This document shows positions 1-8,818 of a DNA stretch of 64,000 nt, in pieces (position 1 is the stretch's first letter; each line of letters opens with the position of its first letter). Below the pieces are notes generated by a model. It saw only the letters and a program-made list of their open reading frames with translations, was not told the origin of the DNA and searched no databases. The translations under genes and the position numbers were made by a program. Location: assembly GCA_963749915.1 (NCBI GenBank), contig CAVVOP010000022.1, positions 224,001-288,000 of the forward strand, written 5' to 3'. This stretch comes from an uncultured cyanobacterium. Lineage in GTDB: Bacteria; Cyanobacteriota; Cyanobacteriia; Cyanobacteriales; Cyanobacteriaceae.

Positions 1-54
1 TTCATTTTATATCCTTTCATTTAAACAATATCGGAATCTATAGTTAATATTTTT

Positions 55-477
55 ATGAAAATTATCCGATTGATGCACGGCAAGTTACATCGAGTTACAG
101 TTACTTCCGCTAATGTTGATTATATAGGCAGTATATCCATTGATCCTGAATTGATGGAAAAAGTCGGTATTTTACCCTTAGAAGAAGTGGATATAGTCAA
201 CTTAAATAATGCGAACCGTTGGTCAACTTATGCTATACCCGGAGAAAAAGGTAGTCGAGAAATTTGTCCTAATGGTGGTGCGGCTTTATTATGCCAACCC
301 GGCGATATATTAATTATCTACGCTTATGAACAATGCGATCGCCAAGATATTATGGTTAATGGTCATAAAGCTAAAGTGTTAGTGGCCGATGAGAATAATA
401 ATATAGCAGACTTTTTTGAGCAAACTTTAACTACTCATAAGGGTGAAATTCAGTTTAAAGAAAGACTAGAAGACTAG
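55..477 (+). CDS. panD: aspartate 1-decarboxylase
   Basis: KLHRVTVT...YIGSISID (G-S cleavage site), TYAIPG, NGGAA motifs. Confidence 0.95.
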   Translation: MKIIRLMHGKLHRVTVTSANVDYIGSISIDPELMEKVGILPLEEVDIVNLNNANRWSTYAIPGEKGSREICPNGGAALLCQPGDILIIYAYEQCDRQDIMVNGHKAKVLVADENNNIADFFEQTLTTHKGEIQFKERLED

Positions 478-598
478 TGGAAGAATGCAGAATTAAGAAT
501 GTGGAATGTGTAGAATGAAAAACCCTTAATTTTCAAGGCTTACAAGAATTTTAAACTCTCGTTTTATTTCCGCACTCTATTACTAGTGGTCTGTCAAG
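472..598. repeat. imperfect inverted-repeat element (MITE-like) followed by a TAGTGGTCTGTCAA IS-end-like motif
   Basis: ACTAGTggaagaatgcagaa at 472 versus the reverse complement of ttccgcactctattACTAGT ending near 587; short GAAT-type repeats inside. Confidence 0.3.
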
Positions 599-654
599 AT
601 ATTTTTGAGGGACTGGGAACGGATAATTTTGGATTTTAGAGAATCCTCCTATAA

Positions 655-1791
655 ATGGCTATATTTAACTTTAGGTTTAGGGACATAAAAGTTTATACTG
701 AAATTGAGCAAGGGCGACAATGGCTTAATAAATATGATGGTTGTATCCCTATTTTTACCTGTACTCTCGGCTTTACCGCAACTGCTTTAACACAAAATAT
801 TTCTACCGCCGGGGCAACTCCCGAATCTCGCCGTTATACTGCTTTAGCTGATGCCGAATTTTTAGTTAATGGTATTCAAAAAAAGCCTACTTTTCCCTTA
901 CCGCCTTTAACTGTGGGTATTTCTCCCACATTAATTAGTCGTGCCGTGATAGAGAAATTTGATTTGCCTCTCTATGTATTTAATGCGGGTTTATTACAAT
1001 CTCCCTCGGTGAACAATATCGACTTAGGGGGAAAAACTGCAGATTGTGTTTCCACAGGAAAAGCCTTATCTTTAGGAACGGTGCAACATTTATATCAACA
1101 AGGCTTATATTGGGGAGAAATTTTGGCACAACAAGCTAAGTCCAGTTATATCATCTTAAGTGAATGTGTTGTCGGGGGTACAACTACCGCCTTGGCAGTT
1201 TTAACGGCGTTAGGGATTTCGGCGGCAGGAAAAGTTAACAGTAGTCACCCAGTGTGTAATCATCAACAAAAATGGACATTAGTGCAGGAAGGATTAAAAA
1301 ACGCCGGTTTTAATGATCAAAATAACAGACCTGATCCCTTAAGGATTATAGCCGCAGTAGGGGATCCAATGCAAATTGTTGTGGCAGGAATGGCTATGAG
1401 CGCGAGTAAAAATGTAGGGATAATGTTAGCAGGTGGGACACAAATGCTAGCAATTTTCGCTTTAATTAAGGCATTGAAAAAAATATCCTCTACTCAGGCT
1501 AACTTAGAAAATATTATCGTCGGTACAACTCGTTGGGTAGCGGAAGATTTTACGGGTGATACTATTGGTTTGAGTAAAATTATCAGTAACGTTTCCCTGT
1601 GTGCCACAGAGTTAAATTTTACCTCCTCTAGTTATCCTCTTTTACAAGCCTATGAAAAAGGATATGTAAAAGAAGGAGTTGGTGCAGGAGGAAGTGCAAT
1701 TGCATCCCATTTACTCGGCATTGATAAAGAAGAATTATTGCACATGATAGAAACCGTTGTGTCTCGTTTCCTCATTGCTACGGGCGGCTAA
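655..1791 (+). CDS. cobT: nicotinate mononucleotide-dependent phosphoribosyltransferase CobT (TIGR00303-type)
   Basis: ECVVGGTTTA, LAGGTQMLA, YEKGYVKEGVGAGG motifs. Confidence 0.85.
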   Translation: MAIFNFRFRDIKVYTEIEQGRQWLNKYDGCIPIFTCTLGFTATALTQNISTAGATPESRRYTALADAEFLVNGIQKKPTFPLPPLTVGISPTLISRAVIEKFDLPLYVFNAGLLQSPSVNNIDLGGKTADCVSTGKALSLGTVQHLYQQGLYWGEILAQQAKSSYIILSECVVGGTTTALAVLTALGISAAGKVNSSHPVCNHQQKWTLVQEGLKNAGFNDQNNRPDPLRIIAAVGDPMQIVVAGMAMSASKNVGIMLAGGTQMLAIFALIKALKKISSTQANLENIIVGTTRWVAEDFTGDTIGLSKIISNVSLCATELNFTSSSYPLLQAYEKGYVKEGVGAGGSAIASHLLGIDKEELLHMIETVVSRFLIATGG

Positions 1792-2190
1792 CAATTGATC
1801 TTCAAGGGATGCAATACGATGATAAGCCGCTGTTAATTGTGCCGTTAAACGGTATACTTGTTCCTCACAAGGAATATTATCTGACCCCTTATAGTCTGAC
1901 AATTCTGCGTACATAGCCTCATCATCCGTTAAAATATCTTTATGATTATTAAGGCCATGGTTATGTTTACTTAAAACTAGATCGCATAGTGCTGTTTCAC
2001 CATCATTAATTGATTCTAGGTTTTTGTCATGATTAGGAGTGGTTTCTAGGCATTGATTAACTTCCAAATCTGACAGAGAAATATTTTCCATTCCTTCCCA
2101 ATCGATATATTCCGCCAGTTGTTTGACGATGCGATAAAGTTGATTAACTTTAATTTGTAAATGGGCTAATTCTTGTTTTTTTCTGTACAT
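1735..2190 (-). CDS. cyanobacterial hypothetical protein with C-terminal coiled coil
   Basis: 151-aa ORF with RLTAQLTAAYHRIASLEDQLL segment; converges on and overlaps the cobT 3' end. Confidence 0.7.
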   Translation of the reverse strand: MYRKKQELAHLQIKVNQLYRIVKQLAEYIDWEGMENISLSDLEVNQCLETTPNHDKNLESINDGETALCDLVLSKHNHGLNNHKDILTDDEAMYAELSDYKGSDNIPCEEQVYRLTAQLTAAYHRIASLEDQLLAARSNEETRHNGFYHVQ

Positions 2191-2485
2191 ATCCAGTTAT
2201 TATCCTTCTATAGTTAGTTAGTTAATTAATCTGTTTATTTTTTCTATTTTCCATGTTAAAGTCTCCGAAAAAATAATCCGCAGTATTACTGATTAATTTA
2301 ACAATTCCCCTCTATCACTGATCTTTTCTTGAAAAGGACAATGAATGAGCCGAGTGACGCATAAACCATAAATTATTACAAGTTTTTTTGATAAAATGAA
2401 AGTCTGAAATGTAATCTGGGGTCTCCACGCTATATATCTTTCTTAGAATAGTCGTGTGTTTTGTCATATATGGAGGTGCAAATTA

Positions 2486-3151
2486 GTGGGATTATCACAT
2501 CAAATAATTGGCGATGGTAGTCAACTACAAAAACAAACAAGTAAAGTGGCCCAAGATGTGTTAAGAATGGGAGCATTAGTGGAGGAGTCGTTTCGATATT
2601 CTCATCAGGCCTTATTTGAAGGTCAATTAGAGTTGGTGGCGATTATTAAAGCAAAAGATCGGGAAATCGATCGCTATTATCGAGAAATTGAAATGCACTG
2701 TGGCAGTATTTTAACTTTACAAGCACCAGTAGCTCAAGATTTGAGGATACTGAGTGCTTTTATGCAACTTGTGCGAGATTTAGAAAGAATTGGAGATTAT
2801 GCTCAAGATTTAGGGGAAATAGCCATTAAACTGGCACTTTATACCCCTCATTCCTGTATGCCTGATTTAGCTATTATGTCGGAACAAGCACAGATAATGT
2901 TAGCGAAAACTATGGTAGCTTTAAGTGAGTTAGATCGTGAAGCAGGAGAGAAAATCAAACTTTTAGATGATACTGTTGATTCCGCTTATGAAAGTCTTTA
3001 TAAAACTTTAGCTTATCAAAGTGATGTAAAAGGAGTAGTTGAACCGATTATATTACTTGCCCTAGCAATTCGTCACCTAGAAAGAATGGCAGATCATGCA
3101 ACCAATATAGCCCAAAGAGTATCATATATCGTCACGGGGCGGCGCAATTGA
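2486..3151 (+). CDS. phoU: phosphate signalling protein PhoU
   Basis: LQAPVAQDLR, DLERIGDYA and HLERMADHATNIA repeats; GTG start at 2486 follows a GGAGG RBS (ORF track starts at 2456). Confidence 0.95.
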   Translation: MGLSHQIIGDGSQLQKQTSKVAQDVLRMGALVEESFRYSHQALFEGQLELVAIIKAKDREIDRYYREIEMHCGSILTLQAPVAQDLRILSAFMQLVRDLERIGDYAQDLGEIAIKLALYTPHSCMPDLAIMSEQAQIMLAKTMVALSELDREAGEKIKLLDDTVDSAYESLYKTLAYQSDVKGVVEPIILLALAIRHLERMADHATNIAQRVSYIVTGRRN

Positions 3152-3185
3152 CGATGAACAATTAATTATTAACTACCCACTGTTA

Positions 3186-3923
3186 ATGTTCGATTTAAAA
3201 AATAATGCCAGAATTGGAACTTTTTATGGTGTCAGCGTTGGTACAGGCGATCCAGAATTAATTACGGTAAAAGGTTTAAAAATCTTACAAAATACGAGAA
3301 TTATCGCTTTTCCGGCAGGCATTAATCATAAAAAGGGTGTGGCACAAACCATTATTGGAGAATATTTACAACCCCACCAAAAAAAACTCTCCTTATCTTT
3401 TCCCTATACGTTGTCTCAAGAAACTCTTTCCCAAGCTTGGCATTCTGTCAGTATGGAAGTTTGGCAATATTTACGAAAGGGTGAGGATGTGGCTTTTGCC
3501 TGTGAGGGAGATATTAGTTTTTACAGTACTTTTACCTATGTTGCCCTAACCCTGCAAAAAATATGCTCTGCCATTCAAATTGTGAGGATTCCGGGGGTTT
3601 CTTCACCAATGGCGGCGGCCTCGGCTTTAAGTCTGCCATTGACAATGCAAGAGGAAAAATTAGCTATTTTACCTGCACTTTATTCTATCCAAGAGTTAGA
3701 AAATACTTTGGATTGGGCGGACGTTGTGGTGTTAATGAAAGTGGCTTCTGTTTATAACCAAGTATGGAATATTTTGGCAAAAAGAAATTTATGGGATTGT
3801 GCTTATTTGGTAGAAAAAGCGACTAATAATTCCGAAAAAATTTATACTTCTTTAGAAAATTACCCTCAATTAAAACTAAGTTATTTTTCTATCTTAATTA
3901 TTCGTTTTAACAAATTATCTTAG
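3186..3923 (+). CDS. cobI: precorrin-2 C20-methyltransferase
   Basis: GVSVGTGDPELITVKG, EGDISFYSTF, IPGVSS, YFS motifs. Confidence 0.9.
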   Translation: MFDLKNNARIGTFYGVSVGTGDPELITVKGLKILQNTRIIAFPAGINHKKGVAQTIIGEYLQPHQKKLSLSFPYTLSQETLSQAWHSVSMEVWQYLRKGEDVAFACEGDISFYSTFTYVALTLQKICSAIQIVRIPGVSSPMAAASALSLPLTMQEEKLAILPALYSIQELENTLDWADVVVLMKVASVYNQVWNILAKRNLWDCAYLVEKATNNSEKIYTSLENYPQLKLSYFSILIIRFNKLS

Positions 3924-4210
3924 GGCTCTTCCAGAGTAGTTATTATAAAAACATATTAAACACCTTAAACACTTAAGTAATAAGGCGTAGTAAACACTTA
4001 ATGGTTTATGAATTTTATATTTAAAGACTTTTTTTATTGATAAAAAATCATTAAGTATCCAGATAAAAATTAAATATGACTCGCATATATGTTTAACTTT
4101 ATTTAAAATTTATGCCAAATTCTTCACCAAAACTTTAAGAAAAAAGCCGTAAAAATTATATTGATCTTAGTAAGATATAAATAAGGTTTAATATCAAAAA
4201 ATATTAGTAT

Positions 4211-4510
4211 ATGTGGGAAAAAAAACAAGATTTAGAATTATTATTATCCTCTTTTAGGGCTTTATCAGATCCTATTAGACTGGAAATATTGGAAATATTA
4301 GGAAATAAAGAAATGTGTGTAGGAGATATTCATACATTATTAAAAATAAAACAACCTAAAGCCTCTTTTCATCTAAGAATATTAAAAGAATCAGGTTTTG
4401 TGAATATTAAACGTCAGGGGCGTTACATCTACTATAGTTTAAATCAAGATCATTTCACTAGATTGAGGGAATATTTAGATAAATATCGAGAAAAACCTGT
4501 TAATCAATAA
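4211..4510 (+). CDS. ArsR/SmtB-family transcriptional regulator
   Basis: FRALSDPIRLEIL, EMCVGDI, SFHLRILKESG, RQGRYIYYSL. Confidence 0.9.
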   Translation: MWEKKQDLELLLSSFRALSDPIRLEILEILGNKEMCVGDIHTLLKIKQPKASFHLRILKESGFVNIKRQGRYIYYSLNQDHFTRLREYLDKYREKPVNQ

Positions 4511-4604
4511 CTGTCATCTTGAAGATATTCGAGCACAAAATTCTACCGATTTTTAGGTTAAACTGCAATATTATCTAAAAAGTCAATTCAAGGATTAACA
4601 GAAG

Positions 4605-5492
4605 ATGTCACGTCAATTAGCTTTTCTCGGTTTAGGGGTAATGGGTAAAGCCATGTATGTAAATTTGCTGAAAAATGGTTGCTCTATTAAAGCATGGAAT
4701 AGAACCACAAATAGTCTTTCTCTTCAATCATTATCCTCGGAATTTCAGTTAAATGTTGTGGATAGTATTTCCGAAGCGGTTAGGGAAGCGGATATAATTT
4801 TTACCTGTTTAGGGGATGTGCCGGATGTAGAGGCGGTAATTTTTAACTCTCAAGGGGTGATGGAGTTTGCACAATCCAATAGTTTAATTGTGGATTTTAG
4901 CACCATTGGCTCACAAGGGGCTCAAAGAATTGCTGAAAGATTACAAACTAAAAATATTCGTTTTTTAGATGCACCTGTTTCTGGGGGTGACATTGGTGCC
5001 CAACAAGGCACTTTAACTATTATGGTAGGGGGACACTTCGCGGATTTTCAAGAATGTGAACCTTACTTTAACATTTTAGGCAAAAATATTACTTATTGTG
5101 GTTCGGTAGGTAGCGGTCAAGGGGTGAAATTATGTAATCAAGTATTAGCCTCACTACATATGATTGGAGTATGTGAAGCCTTAAAATTAGCCGAAAAACA
5201 AGGTATTGATCCTAACCTGATAGTCAAAGTTTGTAGTACGGGAGCGGCTGGTTCTTGGGCTTTAAGTAATTTAGCACCGAAAATTATTGATTCTGACTAT
5301 AATCCGGGTTTTATGATTAAACATATTTTGAAGGATTTACGGTTAGTAGAAGAAACTCTGGGGAAAAATAGTCATTTACCCGGTGTGGAATTGGCACAAA
5401 AATTATTTGAGATAGCGGCACAATTAAATGAAGGTGAGGGTTATAATCTCGGCACTCAAGCTATGATTAAAAGTTATTCTTCCATATTATAA
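4605..5492 (+). CDS. NAD(P)-dependent beta-hydroxyacid dehydrogenase (3-hydroxyisobutyrate/tartronate semialdehyde reductase family)
   Basis: GLGVMG, DAPVSGG, KLCNQ motifs. Confidence 0.9.
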   Translation: MSRQLAFLGLGVMGKAMYVNLLKNGCSIKAWNRTTNSLSLQSLSSEFQLNVVDSISEAVREADIIFTCLGDVPDVEAVIFNSQGVMEFAQSNSLIVDFSTIGSQGAQRIAERLQTKNIRFLDAPVSGGDIGAQQGTLTIMVGGHFADFQECEPYFNILGKNITYCGSVGSGQGVKLCNQVLASLHMIGVCEALKLAEKQGIDPNLIVKVCSTGAAGSWALSNLAPKIIDSDYNPGFMIKHILKDLRLVEETLGKNSHLPGVELAQKLFEIAAQLNEGEGYNLGTQAMIKSYSSIL

Positions 5493-5533
5493 CTATTTTT
5501 ATTAAGGGAATAATTTACTAACAATTTAATTAT

Positions 5534-6442
5534 TTATTGTCCATTTTCAATTGCGATAAAAGCAATAAATGCGGCAATTAATTCGCCTAAAATGCTATTA
5601 ATCCGAAATAATGCTATGACTATTAAAACTATTTGAGGGGGCAAAAAAGACTGATTAAAAGTAGCGATAATAGTGGCTTCAAAAATGCCAATTCCGCCAG
5701 GGGCACCAGGTACAATTAAACCTAGTAACCAGGCGAAACTAAACCCGCTTAATATTTGAAAAATTAAGCTCATTTTTACGGAAACAAAAGCTAATAAAAT
5801 TAATAAAAATGCAAATCCTCTTAATAATAAAAAAATAACTTCTCCTAATAATGGTAACAAAGGATATTTAGTTAATTCAGCACTATTATTACTGCTTTTA
5901 CTCTTCGCTAACTTACTTAAAATGGGGTTAATAATTTTAGGATTAATCCCTACTAAAATAATGATAATTATTATTAATTGAAGTAGAAAAATTATGGGAG
6001 AAAACTTAACTTCAATGATGCCAATACTAGCACTCATAACGGTAATTAATAGAGCGGCGATCGCCATTAATAACGGTTCAATGACAACGCTAACCGTAGC
6101 AACGGCTAAATTATCACCTTCGTCCTGAATGGCTTTAACTCTACCGAAAAAATGCCAAATATTACCCGGAAGATATTTACTGATGTTAGTAATCAAATAA
6201 ATTTTGATTGCTTTTAATCCTTGTAATTTAGTTTGAAAAATAGCTAAAATCCATGTCCAAACCCAGGCAGAAAAAGTATGAGCGATAATATTTAAAAATA
6301 AACTTAATCCTAACATCAACCAAGTGAAGTTAGTAAATTTAACTCCGATAACCTCTCGCCAATTATTCTTAAAAGTAGCGATAATAAAAAAGAAAGTTAT
6401 CCCTAAAATTAGCCATCGAAAAAACTTTTTAACTAATTTCAT
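5534..6442 (-). CDS. UPF0104/lysylphosphatidylglycerol synthase TM-domain membrane protein
   Basis: multi-TM protein; KYLPGNIWHFFGR and PGAPGGIGIFE motifs. Confidence 0.8.
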   Translation of the reverse strand: MKLVKKFFRWLILGITFFFIIATFKNNWREVIGVKFTNFTWLMLGLSLFLNIIAHTFSAWVWTWILAIFQTKLQGLKAIKIYLITNISKYLPGNIWHFFGRVKAIQDEGDNLAVATVSVVIEPLLMAIAALLITVMSASIGIIEVKFSPIIFLLQLIIIIIILVGINPKIINPILSKLAKSKSSNNSAELTKYPLLPLLGEVIFLLLRGFAFLLILLAFVSVKMSLIFQILSGFSFAWLLGLIVPGAPGGIGIFEATIIATFNQSFLPPQIVLIVIALFRINSILGELIAAFIAFIAIENGQ

Positions 6443-6451
6443 TAACTGAAC

Positions 6452-6883
6452 TCATTCCCAAAACTTTGATGTTGTGATCAATTGAAAAGAAAAAGAGCCA
6501 ACAATAAAGGCTAAAATGAAGATAATCGGATTAAAACTGAGTTGCACTAGGGAAGTAACGGCAGGTCCGGGACAAAAGCCTGAAATTCCCCAGCCAATGC
6601 CGAAAATCACCGCCCCTAATATTAATTTGGCGTCTATATCGTTGCGGGTGGGAAGGTAAAATTTCTTGTCAAAAATGGGGTGTTTTAAGGGCAAAATAAA
6701 CCTAAAAGTAATTACCGTTACCCCCACCGCACCGCCTAAGACAAACATTAAGGTTATGTCCCATTTTCCCATGACATCAAGAAAACCGATAACTCTCTCT
6801 CTGTCTACCATCTGAGATACGGCTAACCCTAAACCAAATAATAAACCACTGATCAACGCCACTATATTCTGTTTATTATCCAT
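6452..6883 (-). CDS. YeeE/YedE-family sulfur-compound transporter subunit
   Basis: GLLFGLGL..SQM, FGIGWGISGFCPGPA. Confidence 0.9.
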   Translation of the reverse strand: MDNKQNIVALISGLLFGLGLAVSQMVDRERVIGFLDVMGKWDITLMFVLGGAVGVTVITFRFILPLKHPIFDKKFYLPTRNDIDAKLILGAVIFGIGWGISGFCPGPAVTSLVQLSFNPIIFILAFIVGSFSFQLITTSKFWE

Positions 6884-6885
6884 GC

Positions 6886-7308
6886 TTATCCTAAAATATG
6901 TCTAACTACAAATACCGTGATCATCCCCGATGTTAAAAAACTGATTACTGCTGTAAGCGATCGCACTGATAATCTACCTAAACCACAAACTCCATGTCCA
7001 CTAGTACAACCGTTGCCCATTCTTGTGCCAAAACCCACTAAAAAACCGCCGATAATCATGGTAATTAAGTCGAGGTTATAACTGGGGGTGTTAGGCAAAG
7101 GTAAAAAATACTCATAAATCAAGCCACCGAGTAACATTCCTCCGAGAAAATACCAACGCCATACTTGAGAGGCGGTAAATTCTAATGCACCATTCATCAT
7201 GCCACTAATACCGGCAATTCTACCGTTAAAAGCTAATAAAACAGTGGCACTTATGCCGATTAAGACGCCGCCAATTAAGCCATTTATCCAACTTGATTGT
7301 ATTTCCAT
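6886..7308 (-). CDS. YeeE/YedE-family sulfur-compound transporter subunit
   Basis: GRIAGISG, GNGCTSGHGVCG; ATG at 7308 preferred over the ORF-track start 7344. Confidence 0.9.
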   Translation of the reverse strand: MEIQSSWINGLIGGVLIGISATVLLAFNGRIAGISGMMNGALEFTASQVWRWYFLGGMLLGGLIYEYFLPLPNTPSYNLDLITMIIGGFLVGFGTRMGNGCTSGHGVCGLGRLSVRSLTAVISFLTSGMITVFVVRHILG

Positions 7309-7380
7309 ATAGTTAATTTTGAAAAGATTTGAAATTGATCCCAAATTCTAAATTCTCAATTCTCAATTCTCAATTATTAC

Positions 7381-8481
7381 CTATTTACCTACCATAAAAT
7401 TAGCGTAACTTAACTCATTAATACTGTTCCATTTGACGATGGCATCTTTAAAGGCTTTCCAAGGTTCATAAATAGCCTTAAAATTAGCATCCTTAGCTGC
7501 GTTACTTTCATAGATATCTAAAGCTACTTTTTGGGCTTCAGTCATAATATCTTGAGGATAAGCCACCAATTTTGTACCCCCTTGAATAATAGTTGTTAAA
7601 GATTTTTGATTGAGGAAATTATATTGTGCTAGCATATTGAGATTCGCTTCCTTTGCCGCTGAGATAAACATATTTTGGTATTCTGAAGGCAGTTTTTCCC
7701 ACGCCAATTTATTCACTAATACATCTAGAGTCGGTCCGGGTTCCCACCATCCGGGATAATAATAATATTGTGCCGCTTTATTTAAACCCAGTTTTTGATC
7801 ATCATAAGGTCCTACCCATTCTGCCGCATCAATAGCACCCCGATCAAGCGCCAAGAAAATTTCCCCGCCGGGTAACACTTGCACATTTACCCCTAGTTTC
7901 GACATAACTTCACTCCCTAATCCAGGAATGCGCATTTTTAAGCCTTTCAAATCAGCAAGGGATTTTACCTCTTTTTTAAACCATCCCCCCATCTGTGCCC
8001 CTGTATTCCCAGCAGGAAAGTTGATAATATTAAAGTCGGCGTAAACTTTTTGCATGGCTTCTAATCCCCCCCCATGATATAACCATGCGTTTTGTTGTTC
8101 TGCCGTTAAGCCAAAAGGCACGGATGTCCCAAAAGCGAGGGCAGGGTTTTTGCCAATATAATAATAACTTGCCGTGTGTCCACACTCAACGGTGCCATTT
8201 TGTACCGTGTCTAACACTTCTAACCCCGGTACAATTTCCCCTGCGGCATAGGGAGTGACGGTGAATTTTCCGCCACTCATGGCTTTAAGGCGATCGCATA
8301 CTGTTTGTGCACCTCCAAAGATAGTATCTAAAGATTTAGGCCAACTGGTCACCATACGCCATTTGATTTCAGGGAGACTGTTAGCGGTGACGGTGGAATT
8401 ATTTTGACTTTGACAAGAGACTAAAGTGGCAGAAGTTACAGCGCTAATACCAGCACTGGTTAAAAATTGTCTTCTTTGCAT
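7381..8481 (-). CDS. TRAP transporter substrate-binding protein (DctP/TakP type), Tat lipoprotein
   Basis: RRQFL twin-arginine signal, LVSC lipobox, GNTGAQMGGWF, KMRIPG, EWVGPYDD. Confidence 0.9.
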   Translation of the reverse strand: MQRRQFLTSAGISAVTSATLVSCQSQNNSTVTANSLPEIKWRMVTSWPKSLDTIFGGAQTVCDRLKAMSGGKFTVTPYAAGEIVPGLEVLDTVQNGTVECGHTASYYYIGKNPALAFGTSVPFGLTAEQQNAWLYHGGGLEAMQKVYADFNIINFPAGNTGAQMGGWFKKEVKSLADLKGLKMRIPGLGSEVMSKLGVNVQVLPGGEIFLALDRGAIDAAEWVGPYDDQKLGLNKAAQYYYYPGWWEPGPTLDVLVNKLAWEKLPSEYQNMFISAAKEANLNMLAQYNFLNQKSLTTIIQGGTKLVAYPQDIMTEAQKVALDIYESNAAKDANFKAIYEPWKAFKDAIVKWNSINELSYANFMVGK

Positions 8482-8679
8482 TAATTTTCTTTTCTATATA
8501 TGGATAAATTTTTCTGAATTTAACTATTAATTTAACTATTTAATGTTTTTTTAAAAGACGCAAAAAAATAAGAGTTTTTTATTTTTAAGCTTATTTTCTA
8601 CTAAAAATATTCTACAGGAATTAAGGTGTGCAGTGCGTCTTTCTACATAAATTGTTAAATATTTAATTACTTATTTCTA

Positions 8680-8714
8680 ATTACACCTCGTTCACCGATT
8701 TCAAAATTAGTTAG
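8680..8714 (+). repeat. left terminal inverted repeat
   Basis: ATTACACCTCGTTCACCGATTTCAAAATTAGTTAG. Confidence 0.8.
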
Positions 8715-8746
8715 GAAAATTAGGTATAGTTCTGCTTCTCCTAGTA

Positions 8747-8818
8747 AATTAACGCCCAAGCTCACCGGCGGCAATCGAGCGCAGCGGAATTGCCGTCCGG
8801 TGCAGCGCCTTGTTATGT
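8747..8818 (-). other. integron attC recombination site (72 bp)
   Basis: minus strand ACATAAC-AAGGC-GCTGCACC-...-GGTGAGC-TTGGGC-GTTAATT: R'', 5-bp spacer, L'' with one extra G, palindromic core, L', R'; the gene's TAA stop lies inside R''. Confidence 0.9.

Noticed and set aside
4211..4510. arsenic-resistance operon
   Set aside because: Only the ArsR-family regulator is present, with no arsB/acr3/arsC adjacent.
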